Assembly: GCF_009914755.1 (NCBI RefSeq)
Contig: NC_060928.1
Reading direction: 5' to 3' (one strand)
Source: the human T2T-CHM13v2.0 reference genome, Homo sapiens
Length of the DNA stretch: 64,000 bases
Shown here: piece by piece, positions 18,201 to 33,252 of the stretch
Numbering within the stretch: position 1 is the first letter of the stretch
How the letters are laid out: each line of letters starts with the position of its first letter
Translations under genes and position numbers: made by a program
The notes under the pieces: model-generated
Told to the model about the DNA's origin: nothing
What the model saw: only the letters and a program-made list of their open reading frames with translations
Databases searched by the model: none

Positions 18201-21200
18201 ACTGCCTCTAATAATGCTGCTGAAGGCAGGGGCTGTGTCTTATAATTATCTCCCTTGTAGCAACTAGCACAACTGGTTGCTCAATAGTGCTTCAATCAGT
18301 ATGCGTTCCTGAATAATTTAGAAGGAGAGTAGTCCACCTCACCAAAAACCACTTACCCAGACTATGAAAGAGCCTCAGTCATTTCTCCTCATACTCTCTG
18401 AAAGATGAGCCCAAGGGCAATTATAGGACCACAAAAGAGTTTGCAGGGGGTGGGCAGTGTGTATCTACCCTGGGATAATCTGCCCTAGAGTGGATTGTTG
18501 GTAGTCATTTTAAAGTTGTTTGTCAAGTTCGTTACTCAAGAGCATGTCCCCAGGGACAACTTTGTCACTGAACAAGGCACACACAAAAGCTCTGGGGTAG
18601 GGCTTCCACCTCAGGGAAACATAGAGCTGTTCTCACCCTCTGGGCAGAGGGAATCAGGCCAGCAGAAAAGTGTGAGTGGTGAGTGCTGTGGAAGAGCCTG
18701 GATGGAAAGCTATGGACTGCCTGGCATTCTACGCCTGGGAGTGATGTGCATGTGTTCATGCGGGGGTGGGGCTGGGGCTGAAGCGCAGTGAATGAAGGAC
18801 AGTGAGGCACTGGGCAGTTTGGGGCTGGCAAAGGTGGGGATAGTTTGTGCCAACCTAGCTTGGTTCAGGGCTAGAGGCTGGGGGAACCAGAGGTTCTCAC
18901 AGCTCCTGTAAATGTTCAGCCTGAATAGGGCTCCAGAAGTAGGAATGTGGCAGGGGAAATAAGGCTCTAGTGCCCTTTTGCTCGGGAGCAGTGGTATGGG
19001 GTATAGTAATTTTTGTGAGCCCAAGAAAAGAATTCAAAAATCAGTATGCTTAAATCAGTTTTTAAGAATGTACATGGAAGCTACTCTGAGGCTGCAGAAG
19101 GAGGTGGAGAGGGGGTCCTAGTTCTTTCCCAGAGGAGTAGACATTCTAGTGGTGGGATGCTAATATACAAACACAGAAAAACAACATGGTATGGCATGTG
19201 CAACAGTGGGCAGGCCCACCGTGGGGCAGTAGCCACGGATGTGTTATTTCACCCAATCATCACAGCATCCCAGAGAAGTAGGCATACATACCCTCTTGTT
19301 GTTACCCATGACAAAACTGAATTGTAGCTGCATAAGAGCGTCAAGTGACAGCACATTCAGGTCTTTCTTGACACCAAAATACGTCCGATTCTAGCACATC
19401 ATGCAGTTAAGGGGTAAATGAAACTCCAGATGTAAAGTATATTATGCAAATGTGGAGTGAATCATATTATTATGTCTACACCTAGCACTTCAGTGCTTAG
19501 AGAAAATTGGAAACCAAATTTGGTCAGATTGCTGTTGGGAAGTTGAAGGCTTCCTGCTGAACAAACATTACTTTTTACAATTCAGGATTTGGACCACACA
19601 GTACTTTGATCTAAAATTTTAGTAGACAAAGAATGAGTATTTATTGTTTTTATGAGCATTGTTTTGTATAAAACAAATTGGGGGAGTGGGAAGGAATAAA
19701 TATTTGGGACAGCAAACATTTAAATGCCAGTAGTTAATTTACTTTGCTACCTTGATTTACAATGGTAACATTTGGGTGGAGAGTTGAAAAGAAGGAACAT
19801 TCTTTTGTTCTTGTTTTATTTAGAATTTCTAAAGTCTAAAGGAATGTTTTTATTGCAAGTACATAAAGTAATGAAAAAAAAAAAAGGAAAAACCCAAGGA
19901 TTTAAATGCCATTATAGAAGCTTAACTCCTGGGTGTTAAATGAGCAAGGGACGTTCTAGCAGATTTATTTTAAATATTTTCCTAACTTTCTTGTCTTCTT
20001 AAAGTAACTTCCAACTCCAAATGTGTTGTTACAAAAAAAAAAGGCAGAGCAAAGGAGTGTTAAAAAGAGGAAAACAGGAAAAAGAAGCTGAAGCTCCAGG
20101 CAAGTAGACCCAGGACATCCCAGAGTAAGAATGAAGTGACTGTGGGGTGGTTTGGGACAGTGGAGACAGTAGGTAGCCCACAGCCCAGAGGATTTTATTT
20201 GGCTAACTCAGATAATTCATCTAATACAGCATGAACCACTCCGTCCTTTGCCTGCATAGATCCGGCCTGGATGACTGAACAGCTACCAGCTTCAGAGTCT
20301 TAAGAACCTAAAATCCTAAAATCACATTTAGAGCTGATGTGATGTTTAACAAGGGTCATCTAGAGGGAAATCATCTGATAGGCTTAAGAGGTACAAACAC
20401 TGGCTCTTAATGTTTCAAACATACCATTGGCCTTGATCAGATGTTATTTTCAGGAAAGAAAATAGTCATGCCTCTGGGGCTTTAGCACACTAAAAATTGT
20501 TCTGAAATTTCAAAATACTCCAAAGTTTCATAATCAGCATAAGTGTTCAAAGGGAAGAAAAAAACATACACAGCTTATGTTTTTTAGGGCCTATTGTTTT
20601 ATTTCAAATTCGATTTTACTTATGTTTTATTTGTTTTACATCATTATCCCAAGCAGAATGGTGTAGCTATGGCAATGCTTAGAGAATCTGTGTGTAATGC
20701 TCTGGGCAGCAGGCAGGCATCATACACTCTGGAGCAAGGAGGAAGACGACATCAAAGAACCTGAAGACAGAGCACATTTACTTTTCTGATTCAAATTACT
20801 TTGTTTGGAAAAGAGTAAACACAATTACCTTAACAACTGAGCTGGGAGGCTTTGAGGGTTTAACACTGCATTGTTTTCCCAGGGAGAGGATGGGGACTGC
20901 TTAGGATCAGGGAGAGAGACCTAAAGAACCAGGTGGTTTTATTTGTTTTCACTTTCTTCTCTTTCCAGAAACGAGTTTGGGTAGTTATAGGGCATTTGAT
21001 TGAGTTCCTTAAAAAATTAACTTTGTTTATTTTTCTTATTTAAAATGGAATTAATGTTCATTATTTAAAAAATTAGGACAAAAGAGAAAACTTGTGAAGT
21101 TCCATCACCAAAACTCAGATTTTATATCCATTTCTAAATATATATACACCTCCCCCTGCCCTCCCACTCCCACAAATGATAGCATACCATTCATTGTTTC

Positions 21201-21744
21201 ATTATTTGCCTTTTTAACTTAACATATTCTGGAAGCCTTTTACTCTCAGTCTCTCTAGAGCTGCTTCAATCTTTTTATCTATAACATAGTATTCTATTAT
21301 ATGGATGTTTTCTGGTTTATTTTACCTGTCGTTTATTGATGGATATTTAGGTAGTATTTAATCTTTTGCTAGCACCAACAATGTGGTAATTAATATTCTT
21401 GTGTTTGTGTGAGGAGGTGGAGTTTGCAGTGAGCCGAGATCATGCCAATTGTGAGAATGTGCATGAAGTGCAAACTATTAGAATTGAAATTACTAGGTGA
21501 GAAGGTATGAGCATTTGTGGCTTGGATAGAAATTGTGTTGCCATATTGCTTTCCATAAAGATCATACCAATTTATACATCCACTACAAATATATGCGAGT
21601 GCCTGTTTCCTCACACTGATCAAATTTCTCTGTCTTTGCCAGTCCATAAGGTGAAAATATTGCCTCAATGTATTTTAATGTGTACTTTTTATACAAGTAA
21701 GGATGAACATCTCTGCGTAAGTTTAAAGAGCTCTTTATATTTCC

Positions 21745-21862
21745 CTTTTTTTTTTTTGAGATAGGGGTCATGCTCTGTTGCCCAGGCTGGAGTGCAACCA
21801 TAGTTCACTGCAACCTCAAACTCTGGGCCTCAAGTGCTCCTCCTGCCTTAGCCTCCTGAGTA
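21745..21862 (-). mobile_element. Alu monomer (FRAM or truncated AluJ)
   Basis: Single right arm with polyT. Confidence 0.85.
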
Positions 21863-22331
21863 TGTATTTCCTATTCTGCTGAACTGTATGTTCATATCCT
21901 TTGCTCACTTCTCTATTGGTTTGTTATTCTTTCCTTATTGATTTGTTATTGCTCTTTATGTATTGATAATGTTAGTACTTTTGTTCCGGGATATGAGTTA
22001 CAAACATATTTACCAGTTTACTGTTTGTATTTTTCTCTGTATAGTAAAGTAAAATATAAACAGCAAACTGGTAAATATGTTTGTAATATTACTTTGTGAA
22101 TATTACAAAGTAAAATACAAAAAGTAAAATAAAGTAAAATACGAAAACTTTTTATTTTTATTCAGAAAGTTTTAATTTTTATGTAGTCAGATATCCATTT
22201 CTTATCTTTTCTGACTTAAGATTTTTATGTTATACTTAAAGAGGCTTTTCCCAAAATAGATTTTTAAAAACATCTTTCTATGTTTTTACCTACTTTGTAT
22301 ATGAATGTATATTTAATACATCTGGAATTTA

Positions 22332-22704
<373 letters not shown>

Positions 22705-23032
22705 TCAAGACTGTTTATGAATATTAAAATCAGCTTGCTGAGTTCCCCTAAAAAATTATTTCAGCCTTTCTGTTGGAAACATGTTGTTAATAAATTTACA
22801 GATTTATTTAGGGAAAATTGACATGTAAGGATGTTGAGTCTTTTTCTAATAACATGGTATTTTTTGCCTTTTTTTTTTTCAATTCTTCTTTTGTGTCTGG
22901 CAGCAGATTCTTCTCATTCCCATCCCTAGCAAAAGGAATCCCTGCTAATGAAGTGCTCACAAGAGGGTAAGCTTCCTGGAGAGCCATTTTGACAAAGCAA
23001 GATTTTAGTCTAACTTCTGTATGATTCTAATC

Positions 23033-23333
23033 TTTTTTTTTTTTTTTTTTTGAGACGGAGTCCCGCTCTGACACCCAGGCTAGAGTGCAGTGGTGTGATC
23101 TCTGCTCACTGCAAGCTCTGCCTCCCGGGTTCAGGCCATTCTCCTGCCTCAGCCTCCTGAGTAGCCGGGACTACAGGCGCCCGCCACCACACCTGGATAA
23201 TTTTTTTGAATATTTAGTAGAGACAGGGTTTCACCATATTGGCCAGGATGGTCTTGATCTCCTGACCTCGTGGTCCACCCGCCTCAGCCTCCCAAAGTGC
23301 TGGAATTACAGGCTTGAGCCACCGTGCCCGGCC
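23033..23333 (-). mobile_element. AluY/Sc-type
   Basis: 'gcaagctct' and 'ccaggatggtcttgatctc'; TSD gattctaatcttt. Confidence 0.92.
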
Positions 23334-23549
23334 GATTCTAATCTTTGAGAATTGTTTTTCTGCTCTTTTTTTTTTTTACACCTGTATACCATATCAGTAA
23401 CATATAAAAGCATTTACAAAATTATCCTGCATGATTTTGCTTTATGGATTTAAGAGGCTAGCAAGATGATTTTCTGGCCTCTAGGACTGTGCTCTTGCTT
23501 TCCCCCTCCCTCTCTCTTATATTTATATTTATATTTTACTTAATGTTTA

Positions 23550-24112
<563 letters not shown>

Positions 24113-24474
24113 AGTATTTCTATTTGATTAGTCTGAAGAGGGAGGCAGCAACCTAATACTTTGCAGTCTCTGGGGTTATCCATATAGGCCTTTACTCATA
24201 AGGCTGGAGGAAACTCTTTATGGCCACAGAATCAGATCATCTGATCTCATGATACAGCCCTTCTGTCCTACATATGCCTTCCTGTGTTTGCACTGTTCCA
24301 TTAGTTTAGCCTAAGTGTGCGTGTGTGTGTATGTATATGTATATGACAAATCAACACTTTTAGTGCCTTGTAATGTCCCTCATTCAAATACTATGGATAA
24401 AGTTGACATGCATATTTTGATGAAACCATTACTTGTTTTCATACTCTCCACATTTGCCTGATCTACAAAAATAA

Positions 24475-24645
24475 ATAGTATGATTTGGTTCAGTGGTTAA
24501 AAAAGAGCATGCAGTCTTAAAAATCTGTGTTCAAATCCTAGCTCATATACTGACCAGCTATGTAATCTTGGGCAAATTCCTTAATGTCTCTGAGCTTCAG
24601 TTTTGTCTCCTGTAGAATGGAATAATAATAGAAACTTCCAGAGAT
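24475..24645 (+). mobile_element. MIR SINE
   Basis: 'ttcaaatcctagctc...cttgggcaaattccttaatgtctctgagcttcagtttt'. Confidence 0.78.
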
Positions 24646-27154
24646 GATTTATGCAGATTTCTTATACAATAGAAATTCTGAATAAAATGTAGTTTTTATA
24701 CACTGGCATCACCCACTATTCCTCTTCTTGAATAAGGTTTATATCCAGCATATTACCCAGGCCCACTGCTTGGAAATTATCAGTGTGATTTTTATGCCGT
24801 GAAAGAACAGGTCTGGGAAGAAGTTTGGATAATATGGTCAAGTACAGAGACCACACACTACTCCAGCTTCTCCTTTTTCTGTGTGCTGCTCTTTTACTCA
24901 GTACTGAATGTTTTCCCTGGTGTGCTGGTGGGAAGGATGGAATTGGCTCAGATACATATGATTTATGCAGAATCTTTATACAATAGAAATTCCTAATAAA
25001 ACCCAGTGGGGTGGAAGAGTGTGGAGCAGAAAGAATCACTTCCCTTCTCTCAGGTGGCCCTGAGTGTGGTTGCAGCCCTTGAGTGTCTGCCCAGGTGGGT
25101 CTTGCCAAGAGGCCGGGTGGCCTGGGCTGGGCACAGTTCACAGGCCTGGTTCTGGGAGAATCTCCTGCTGTCTGTTCTGTGGCTGCAGCTGTGGGGGCTC
25201 TTAAAGAGCTTCCACTAAGGGTAACTTTGGGTCCTTCTGTGTGCCACTTCCAGGTTATGTTGCTAGAGGGAGATTTTCTAGTTTACCTGGAAACATATGG
25301 AAAATGCCACAGAATAGAAGGGGGCAAAGGTGAGCTCCTTGGTCTGTTCCACAGACCATCCTGAGCTAGATGGAGAGATTCCAGTTCTGGGTATTTCTGA
25401 GAGATTTATTGTCATTAACATTCTTTAGTCAATACTATTATCTCTACAAAACTTGACACATTTTGCAATATGGAAATAAGGGTTTCCTAGCTTTACATAT
25501 ACAGGCCTTCCATCTCAGCTCACGTATTTCTTTACCTAGGGGTGATGCTAATGATTTCTTCTTTACTTAATCTTATTTTTCTCTATCTTAGAGATGAAAT
25601 CCTACACAATATATATCTATGTAGAGAGATATATAGATATATAGAAAATTTTCAAGCTATAGAATTATTTCAGGTGCTGAATAGAAAATTCTTTATGGGA
25701 CAAACAGAGCCTTATGTTCCTGAGTTGCTCTCATCTCTAATGACGTTTTTAAAAAGGTTTGGAAATATCTCATAGATAATACATACCCTCCCTCAAGCCT
25801 ATCCAACAATAAAATAATCCCTAAACCCAGTAATAAATAATCCACATGCCTACAGCATTCTTGCAGACATACACACCATTCTATTTCAGGGTCAGGGACA
25901 TGAGAATGGAAAAGGTTGATTTTTAGTGTATTGTATTTTTGTAGAATAGACTGACAATTTTTTTTCTTTGCCATGGTACATTTAATATAGGATGCTGTTT
26001 TACATTTTTTACCACTTCTCTTCAAAGCTGGTTTATGGATCCTTACATCTTTGAATATGAATATAAATTATCATGACAGTATTATGGAAAAGAAAGAAGT
26101 CTAATACATACATTTCTTGCACTGCTTTCTTTTTCTTCTTCTTCCAGGAAAACCAGTTTGGCTATTAAGGGAACCTGTCGACACAGAGCAGAGCAAGATA
26201 AGGCCAGGTTTCAGAAAGAATAGCTGTTTACCATCAAAGCAACTGGGTTCCACACAGACATGGTATATTATACACAAAGACGAAGGTAAATGCTCCATGG
26301 TTTTTATGAATAATTTACTGTGCTTACATAAATGCACTAGAGCCTCTAGAATTCTTACTGATCATATTACTTTCCTTTCTATTGTTAAAAAAATAGCTAA
26401 CTCATCAAATGTAATTTTAAAAGTCAGTTTTCTGGATTCCCCCTCCCTCTCCCTCATAACCTGATGCTTCTGGTGTGTCAACACCTGTATATCAGAGGGG
26501 AATGATTTTTTCCATGTGATAAGTGCCATTTTGGTGATGCATATAATGAAAGTTTACTAGATTTTCATTTATCAAAGTGTCTTTCTCTGCTCAGTTTCAA
26601 AAAGCAGGAATTTTACTTGGAGTGATATATTTCTTGGGTTAATTTATATTTTATAAATATATGAAATTATTAATTCATTCTATCTGTAGCATGTGTGGAC
26701 CCTGAAGCTTATGGCAGTGCCGTTATCTGTTGTAGGGATGCAAACATGCTCTTTGATGTGTTATTCTTGGGGACTTGGGAGGATAAAGATGGAATACTCA
26801 TTTGGCCCAACTCTCCAGATGGGCTGAAAATGCAGCAGTGGTTTATGTGCATTTCCACAGATCAAGGTTGTAACTTTCTACTCTGTACTATGTTGTAGAT
26901 AACAGGAAACTTCAGGAAGTAGCAGTCTCAGCTGATTTTGCTCCTGCCTGTCTAGGATGGGGCAATGGGCATCACCAGCACACAAACGTGCCTTCTGGCA
27001 CATGCTTGCCTCAGTAAAGTGCCTGCACGTTCACTCTGTCATGTGGAGTATCCTACCCTGGAAAGATGTCAAAAGTAAATCATCATCATCCTCATGTACA
27101 ATACCAACATATCCTAAATCCTGTTCTAAGTGCTTTATTTATATTAACTATCTT

Positions 27155-27467
27155 GTTCTGGTTTTGTTTTTGTTCTTTTTTTTTTTGAGACTGGGTCTGA
27201 CTCTGTTGCCCAGGCTAGAGTGCAGTGGTGTAGTCACGGCTCAGTGCAGTCTCAAACTCCTGGGTTCAAGCAATACTACTACCTCAGCCTCCTGAGTAGC
27301 TGAGACCACAGGCACATGACACCACACTGGCTAATTTTTAGAGTTATTGTAGAGATGGCATTCCACTATGTTGCTCAGGCTAGTCTTGAACTCCTGGCCT
27401 CAAGCTATTCTCCTGCATTGGCTTCCCAAAGTGTTGGGATTACGGGCATGAACCACTGTGCCTGGCC
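27155..27467 (-). mobile_element. AluJ
   Basis: Full dimer with J diagnostics. Confidence 0.92.
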
Positions 27468-27486
27468 TTAACTGCCTTTTTAAAAA

Positions 27487-27532
<46 letters not shown>

Positions 27533-27816
27533 TTGAGGCCAGGTCTCACTCTGTTGTCCAGTCTGGAGTGCAGTGGCACGGTCTTGGCTCACTGCAGCCT
27601 GAAACTCCTGGGCTCAAGTGATCCTCCCACCTCAGCCTCCTGAGTAGCTGGAACCACAGGTGTATACCACCATGCCTGGCTAATTTTTGTATATTTTGTA
27701 GACACAGGGTCTCACTTTGTTACCCAGGCTGCTCTTCCACCCCGGGCTCAAGTGATCCTCCCATCTTGGCCTCACAAAATGCTGGGATTACAGGCATGAG
27801 GCCACCATACTTGGCC
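27487..27816 (-). mobile_element. AluJ with (ATT)14 tail
   Basis: Full dimer; (ATT)n at 27491-27532. Confidence 0.92.
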
Positions 27817-27907
27817 TATTTAACTACCTTAATACTCACAACAACCCTCTAAGGTGGGCTTTTTAAATAGACCTAACAGATGAGGAAAGTGAGGCACAGA
27901 GTGGTTA
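27817..27907 (-). mobile_element. MIR (other part at ~27080-27150)
   Basis: 'tcacaacaaccctctaagg...acagatgaggaaagtgaggcacagagtggtta'. Confidence 0.75.
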
Positions 27908-28029
27908 CCCATATATCTCTCTTATTCTCTGGCCCCACACCTGTGTTCTTTTAGTGGATGTGAACTGATTCTTGGCATTGAGAGTTATTTTTGGTTTTAT
28001 CTTTTTGAGACTTTTTCTTCTTTAATGTA

Positions 28030-28680
28030 TTAATTCATTCTTACAGTCAATAAATATGTTGAGGGACACTATGGGACAAGCACTGTGGTAGGTGCTGAGG
28101 ATGTAGTCACAGACAAACAGACATAATGGTGGCCCCACAAAGCTTACAGTCTATTGGGAATACTGATGTTAACAGATAAGAACAGTAGACTGCATTGGTG
28201 GTTGGGGAAATACTAGGTGCTGTTGAGGAAGCAAAGCAGGGGAATCTAATCCAGTCTTGGGGTCAGAGTCATTTCCCAGCAGGGGACTGAAAAGCAGCCA
28301 AGTGAAGAGAAAAGAGAAAATTGACCTCCACAGAGGAAAGCCCAGGGGAAGGCAGGTAGGAGGTCTGTGAAATAAATAGAAGTTGTTGCTTGAGGAACTG
28401 AACACTCAGGTTAGGTCTGGAGTGTGGAGCTGGGAGTGGGAGACGGTGGGAAAGAGACACTGGAGAGGCCGGTAGGGGTGGAGGGTGGAGGTCCCAGTAG
28501 GCCACTGTAAGTTTGTACTTTACCTCCAAAGAGAAACCTTTAAAGGGATAATCAGGGAAGTGATGCCATCTGGTACACACCGTCAAAAAGATCTCTCACT
28601 GCTCAGTGGGCAATGTTCTGAAGTGGAGGCAAAACTGGATTTGGAAAGCCATTAGTTGGCTGTTGTAGTAATCCCCCAAC
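28030..28680 (-). mobile_element. L2 3' region
   Basis: 'attcattc...aataaatatgttgagggacactatgggacaagcactgtggtaggtgctgaggat'. Confidence 0.75.
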
Positions 28681-28896
28681 CATTGGAGATGCTTCTTTTA
28701 TAACTCCACTTGTGGGGATGCTGACAAATTCTCTCCTCTATCTGCAGACATTCAGCATGGTAAGGCACGAAGTGCCTACATTGCACCAAAGACCTGTGAA
28801 TAAGAATATGTGGGGATTCGTGTAGCCAGGTTGGACTGATCCAAGGCCAAGCAGCCTGTGCACTCAACTGACGAATGCTGGGGAGAAATAGAGCTC

Positions 28897-29382
<486 letters not shown>

Positions 29383-29446
29383 TGTTCATAGCATGAAGTT
29401 GAAGCGTACATACACCTACAAAAGGTGACAACATATTAAGAGACAA

Positions 29447-29684
29447 CCAGGATTATATTATGATTTTTGTTTGCCTTAGGCACTTTTGCCTTTGTGGGCC
29501 CCTTTCTTCATCAAAGAAAAATTTAAAAATATATCCTATAAATGTGTTCAAAAAAGAATATAATCCAGGCTGGATTTGTTATTCTTATTTTCTGTTTTTT
29601 TAATTCTCATTTTAAAAGAAATTAAGCATTTTTGTGGACCTCTAGGCACTACGCTACTGCTACCTAATGGATAAGATGGTCCTG
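29447..29684. mobile_element. hAT-Tip100-type MITE (ORSL/MER91-like)
   Basis: Terminus reads caggaccatcttatccattagg...gtgcctagaggtccac on the minus strand; similar 'ccttaggcact' motif near the other end. Confidence 0.55.
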
Positions 29685-30229
29685 CTTCCAAATAAAAGAC
29701 AGAGAGAAAAAAAAAACTCCAAAGAGGAGGAGATTTGATGTAAACTATGGCTCTGTGGGATTCAAATTTAGCCAAAAAGATGATGCTAAGTGGTTAGTGT
29801 CCAGGGCCAGGTGGAGATAGAATGGTCAGCTGGGTCGAGTCTTGAGTGCGGTGAGAAGGAAGTGGGGACAGGTGCATAGTGAGAGAGGCTGGAGATCCCT
29901 TTTTATCTGATGCCAGCTGTGGAGTGTGGGAGGAGATTACTAAAAGACACTGTGCAGGGTGGGGCAGAGACCAACATAGGCCATTGTGGGCAGGGAAGGG
30001 CCCATGGGAAAGACGGGATCTTCTGTGGGTCCTGGGACCCTGGCCAGGACTCTGAGATCCAGAGAGTAGAGTAGGGGGATCCTGGGGGTAATGCCAGGGA
30101 CAGGGGCAAGACTATGCAAGGCAATCTGGAAAGGCACATTGAAGCAGGAGAGAGGTGGTGGCTACTATGACTTGGATCATTCCTCATTCATGGCAACTTC
30201 ATTCTAGTGCTCCTTCTTGTGTTGCAGAG

Positions 30230-30545
30230 CCCATGGTTTATACACACCCTTGCAGCTGGAGTTCTGGGTGTGAATTAGGTTGGACCAATTAGATGCATCT
30301 CGTGAGACTTGAATTCAGACCTAAGGTGGGAGAAGCATAGTGTGTGACACAATTTTGCAAAAGATAAAGCCATACTGCCTGAATCCAGTTCAAGCTTCTG
30401 CTTGCATTTTGTCTACTACTAAGCCATCACATGGCTGAACCTAGAGTCAAAGAGGCAGGGCAGATTACTGCAAAGTTACATGGCAAAGGGCACCGATACG
30501 GCGAGAGGTGAAGAACTACCACCATTATGGCAATACACTACAGGG
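30230..30545 (-). mobile_element. Old LTR fragments (LTR33-like, then MLT1-like)
   Basis: 'ttgcagctggagttctgggtgtgaattagg' and 'tcacatggctgaacctagagtcaa...caaagttacatggcaaaggg'. Confidence 0.5.
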
Positions 30546-30850
30546 AGTAGCATGATACAATTCCCGTGTTAAAAGGACCACTCCAGCAACTGTGTGGAGA
30601 ACAGATTGAAGGGGAGCAAGATTAGAAAGAGAGGGAGAACACACAGGAGGTTATGGCAAGAGTCCAAGTTAGAAATGAGTTTGGAGTAGGGTAGTAGCAG
30701 TGGAGTTGGTGAGAACAGGTTGAATTCTGGACATATTTTGAGGATAGAGCTGACAGCACTTGCTGATGGCTGAGATGTATGATATGAGATGTAGAAAAGA
30801 ATGAAAGGGTGACATTCTGGTTTATGGCCTTAGCAAGTGGTTGTCACTTC
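30546..30850 (-). mobile_element. L2 fragment
   Basis: 'attctggacatattttgaggatagagctgacagcacttgctgatgg'. Confidence 0.7.
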
Positions 30851-31129
30851 TTTTGAGGCTCCAGTAGTCCAAGAAGTGATTGGATGCATGAGGAATACAT
30901 GAATGTGTTCACTTGCGATAATTCATTGAGCTGTAAATACTGTGCATTATTTGCATGGCTTTCTGCAATGTTACATATGTTGCCTCTCACTTAAAAACCT
31001 AGGAAAAATTTGGTAGAAAGATGTTTAATAAATACTGAGAGTCAGGCTCACCACTTCCTCTAACTCATACCCTTGACTCATAGACACTTCTTTTCAACTC
31101 TCTGTTGAATTTATTCTTTCTTTCCATCT

Positions 31130-31600
31130 CCCTTGTTCACGCTTCAGTTCAGACCTCTTGCCTGGACAATTGCAGTAGAGCTAATTTATCTCATTGACTC
31201 TGGTCCCCTGTCTATCCTCACACTATGGCAGGAACATCTTTATAAAATACAAATCTGATCATGGCTCTTTCCTGACAAAAGTTACTTCTTTGTGGTATAA
31301 AGGTCAAACTCTTTCAGGTCTGGCCTCTACCTCACCATAACCAATCTTCCACTGCCCTCTCTTTCCCACTCTATATTACAGCCATCATGGACTGTTCGCA
31401 GTCTATGCAACACCCTGGCACTTGTGCACAGGCATGCCTCTACCTGGAATGCTCTCCTTCCTTTGTTGGCCTGAATAAGACCCCACTCAATTGCCCGTAC
31501 CTCTGTGAAGTCCTCTTGTTTCCTAAGCAAAGCCTCCCCCTCCTTTGTGCGAGCACTTGGCTTTACCTTCCATGTATTATTATAAATACCATACTGTATT
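31130..31600 (+). mobile_element. L2 fragment
   Basis: 'ctcttgcctggacaattgcagtag', 'aaaatacaaatctgatcatg', 'ctctacctggaatgctctcc'. Confidence 0.65.
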
Positions 31601-32066
31601 GTAATTTTTTAAAGGCAAAGCTTATTTTCTATTTCCTATTAAAGAGGCCTGAAAAAAGTGAGGGAATTAGCCATTTAGATATGACCTATACAAAAAAGTA
31701 ATAGAGGGAAAAAGCACCCCAAATCTCTCCATGTAAAATCTCTCTTTTCAGTCTTTTTTTAATGCTATTTTCTTCTCACATAGTTGGAAACATATGATAT
31801 AAATTCTGCCTTACTTCTTCATGTAGTAACAGTGATTTTTTCTCTTGATATTTAAAAATGCTTTATGTATTTTTGTGAAAAACCTGTTTCCATGTTGCTT
31901 CTCAGCACCTTCTTTATTTGTTTTTACATGTGCTATTTGACCATCAATTTATTGGACTTAGTGCTTTTTACTGATTTGCATAAGCTTTTTATATATGAAA
32001 AATCAATTTTTTAGTTTAAAAATATCATTTAGAGCTGTATTAGGCTGCAAGTAACAGAAAACTAGG

Positions 32067-32924
<858 letters not shown>

Positions 32925-33252
32925 CCAGGCATATAAACAAGTAAAGTGTTTACTTGTCTTACATAAAAGGAAGTCTGGGGCAGTGGTGGAGAGGATCACA
33001 AAGAGAAAAATAAACAAAAAAGAAGGCTAGGGCTAGCATGACATCTTAATTATGCCATCAAGTATCCAGTCTCTTTCCATCTTTCTGCTATGCCATCCTT
33101 AGCGTATGAGCCTTTGACTCTGTGCTATTGCCTCATGGTTGCCAGATGGCTGTTGAGTATCCAGGCATTTCATCCATGCTCCAGGAAAGAAAAAAAGTGG
33201 CCATGTGAAGGGCAAAGGAATGAAAGATGGAAGAGCATGTCAGCTGAGTATA

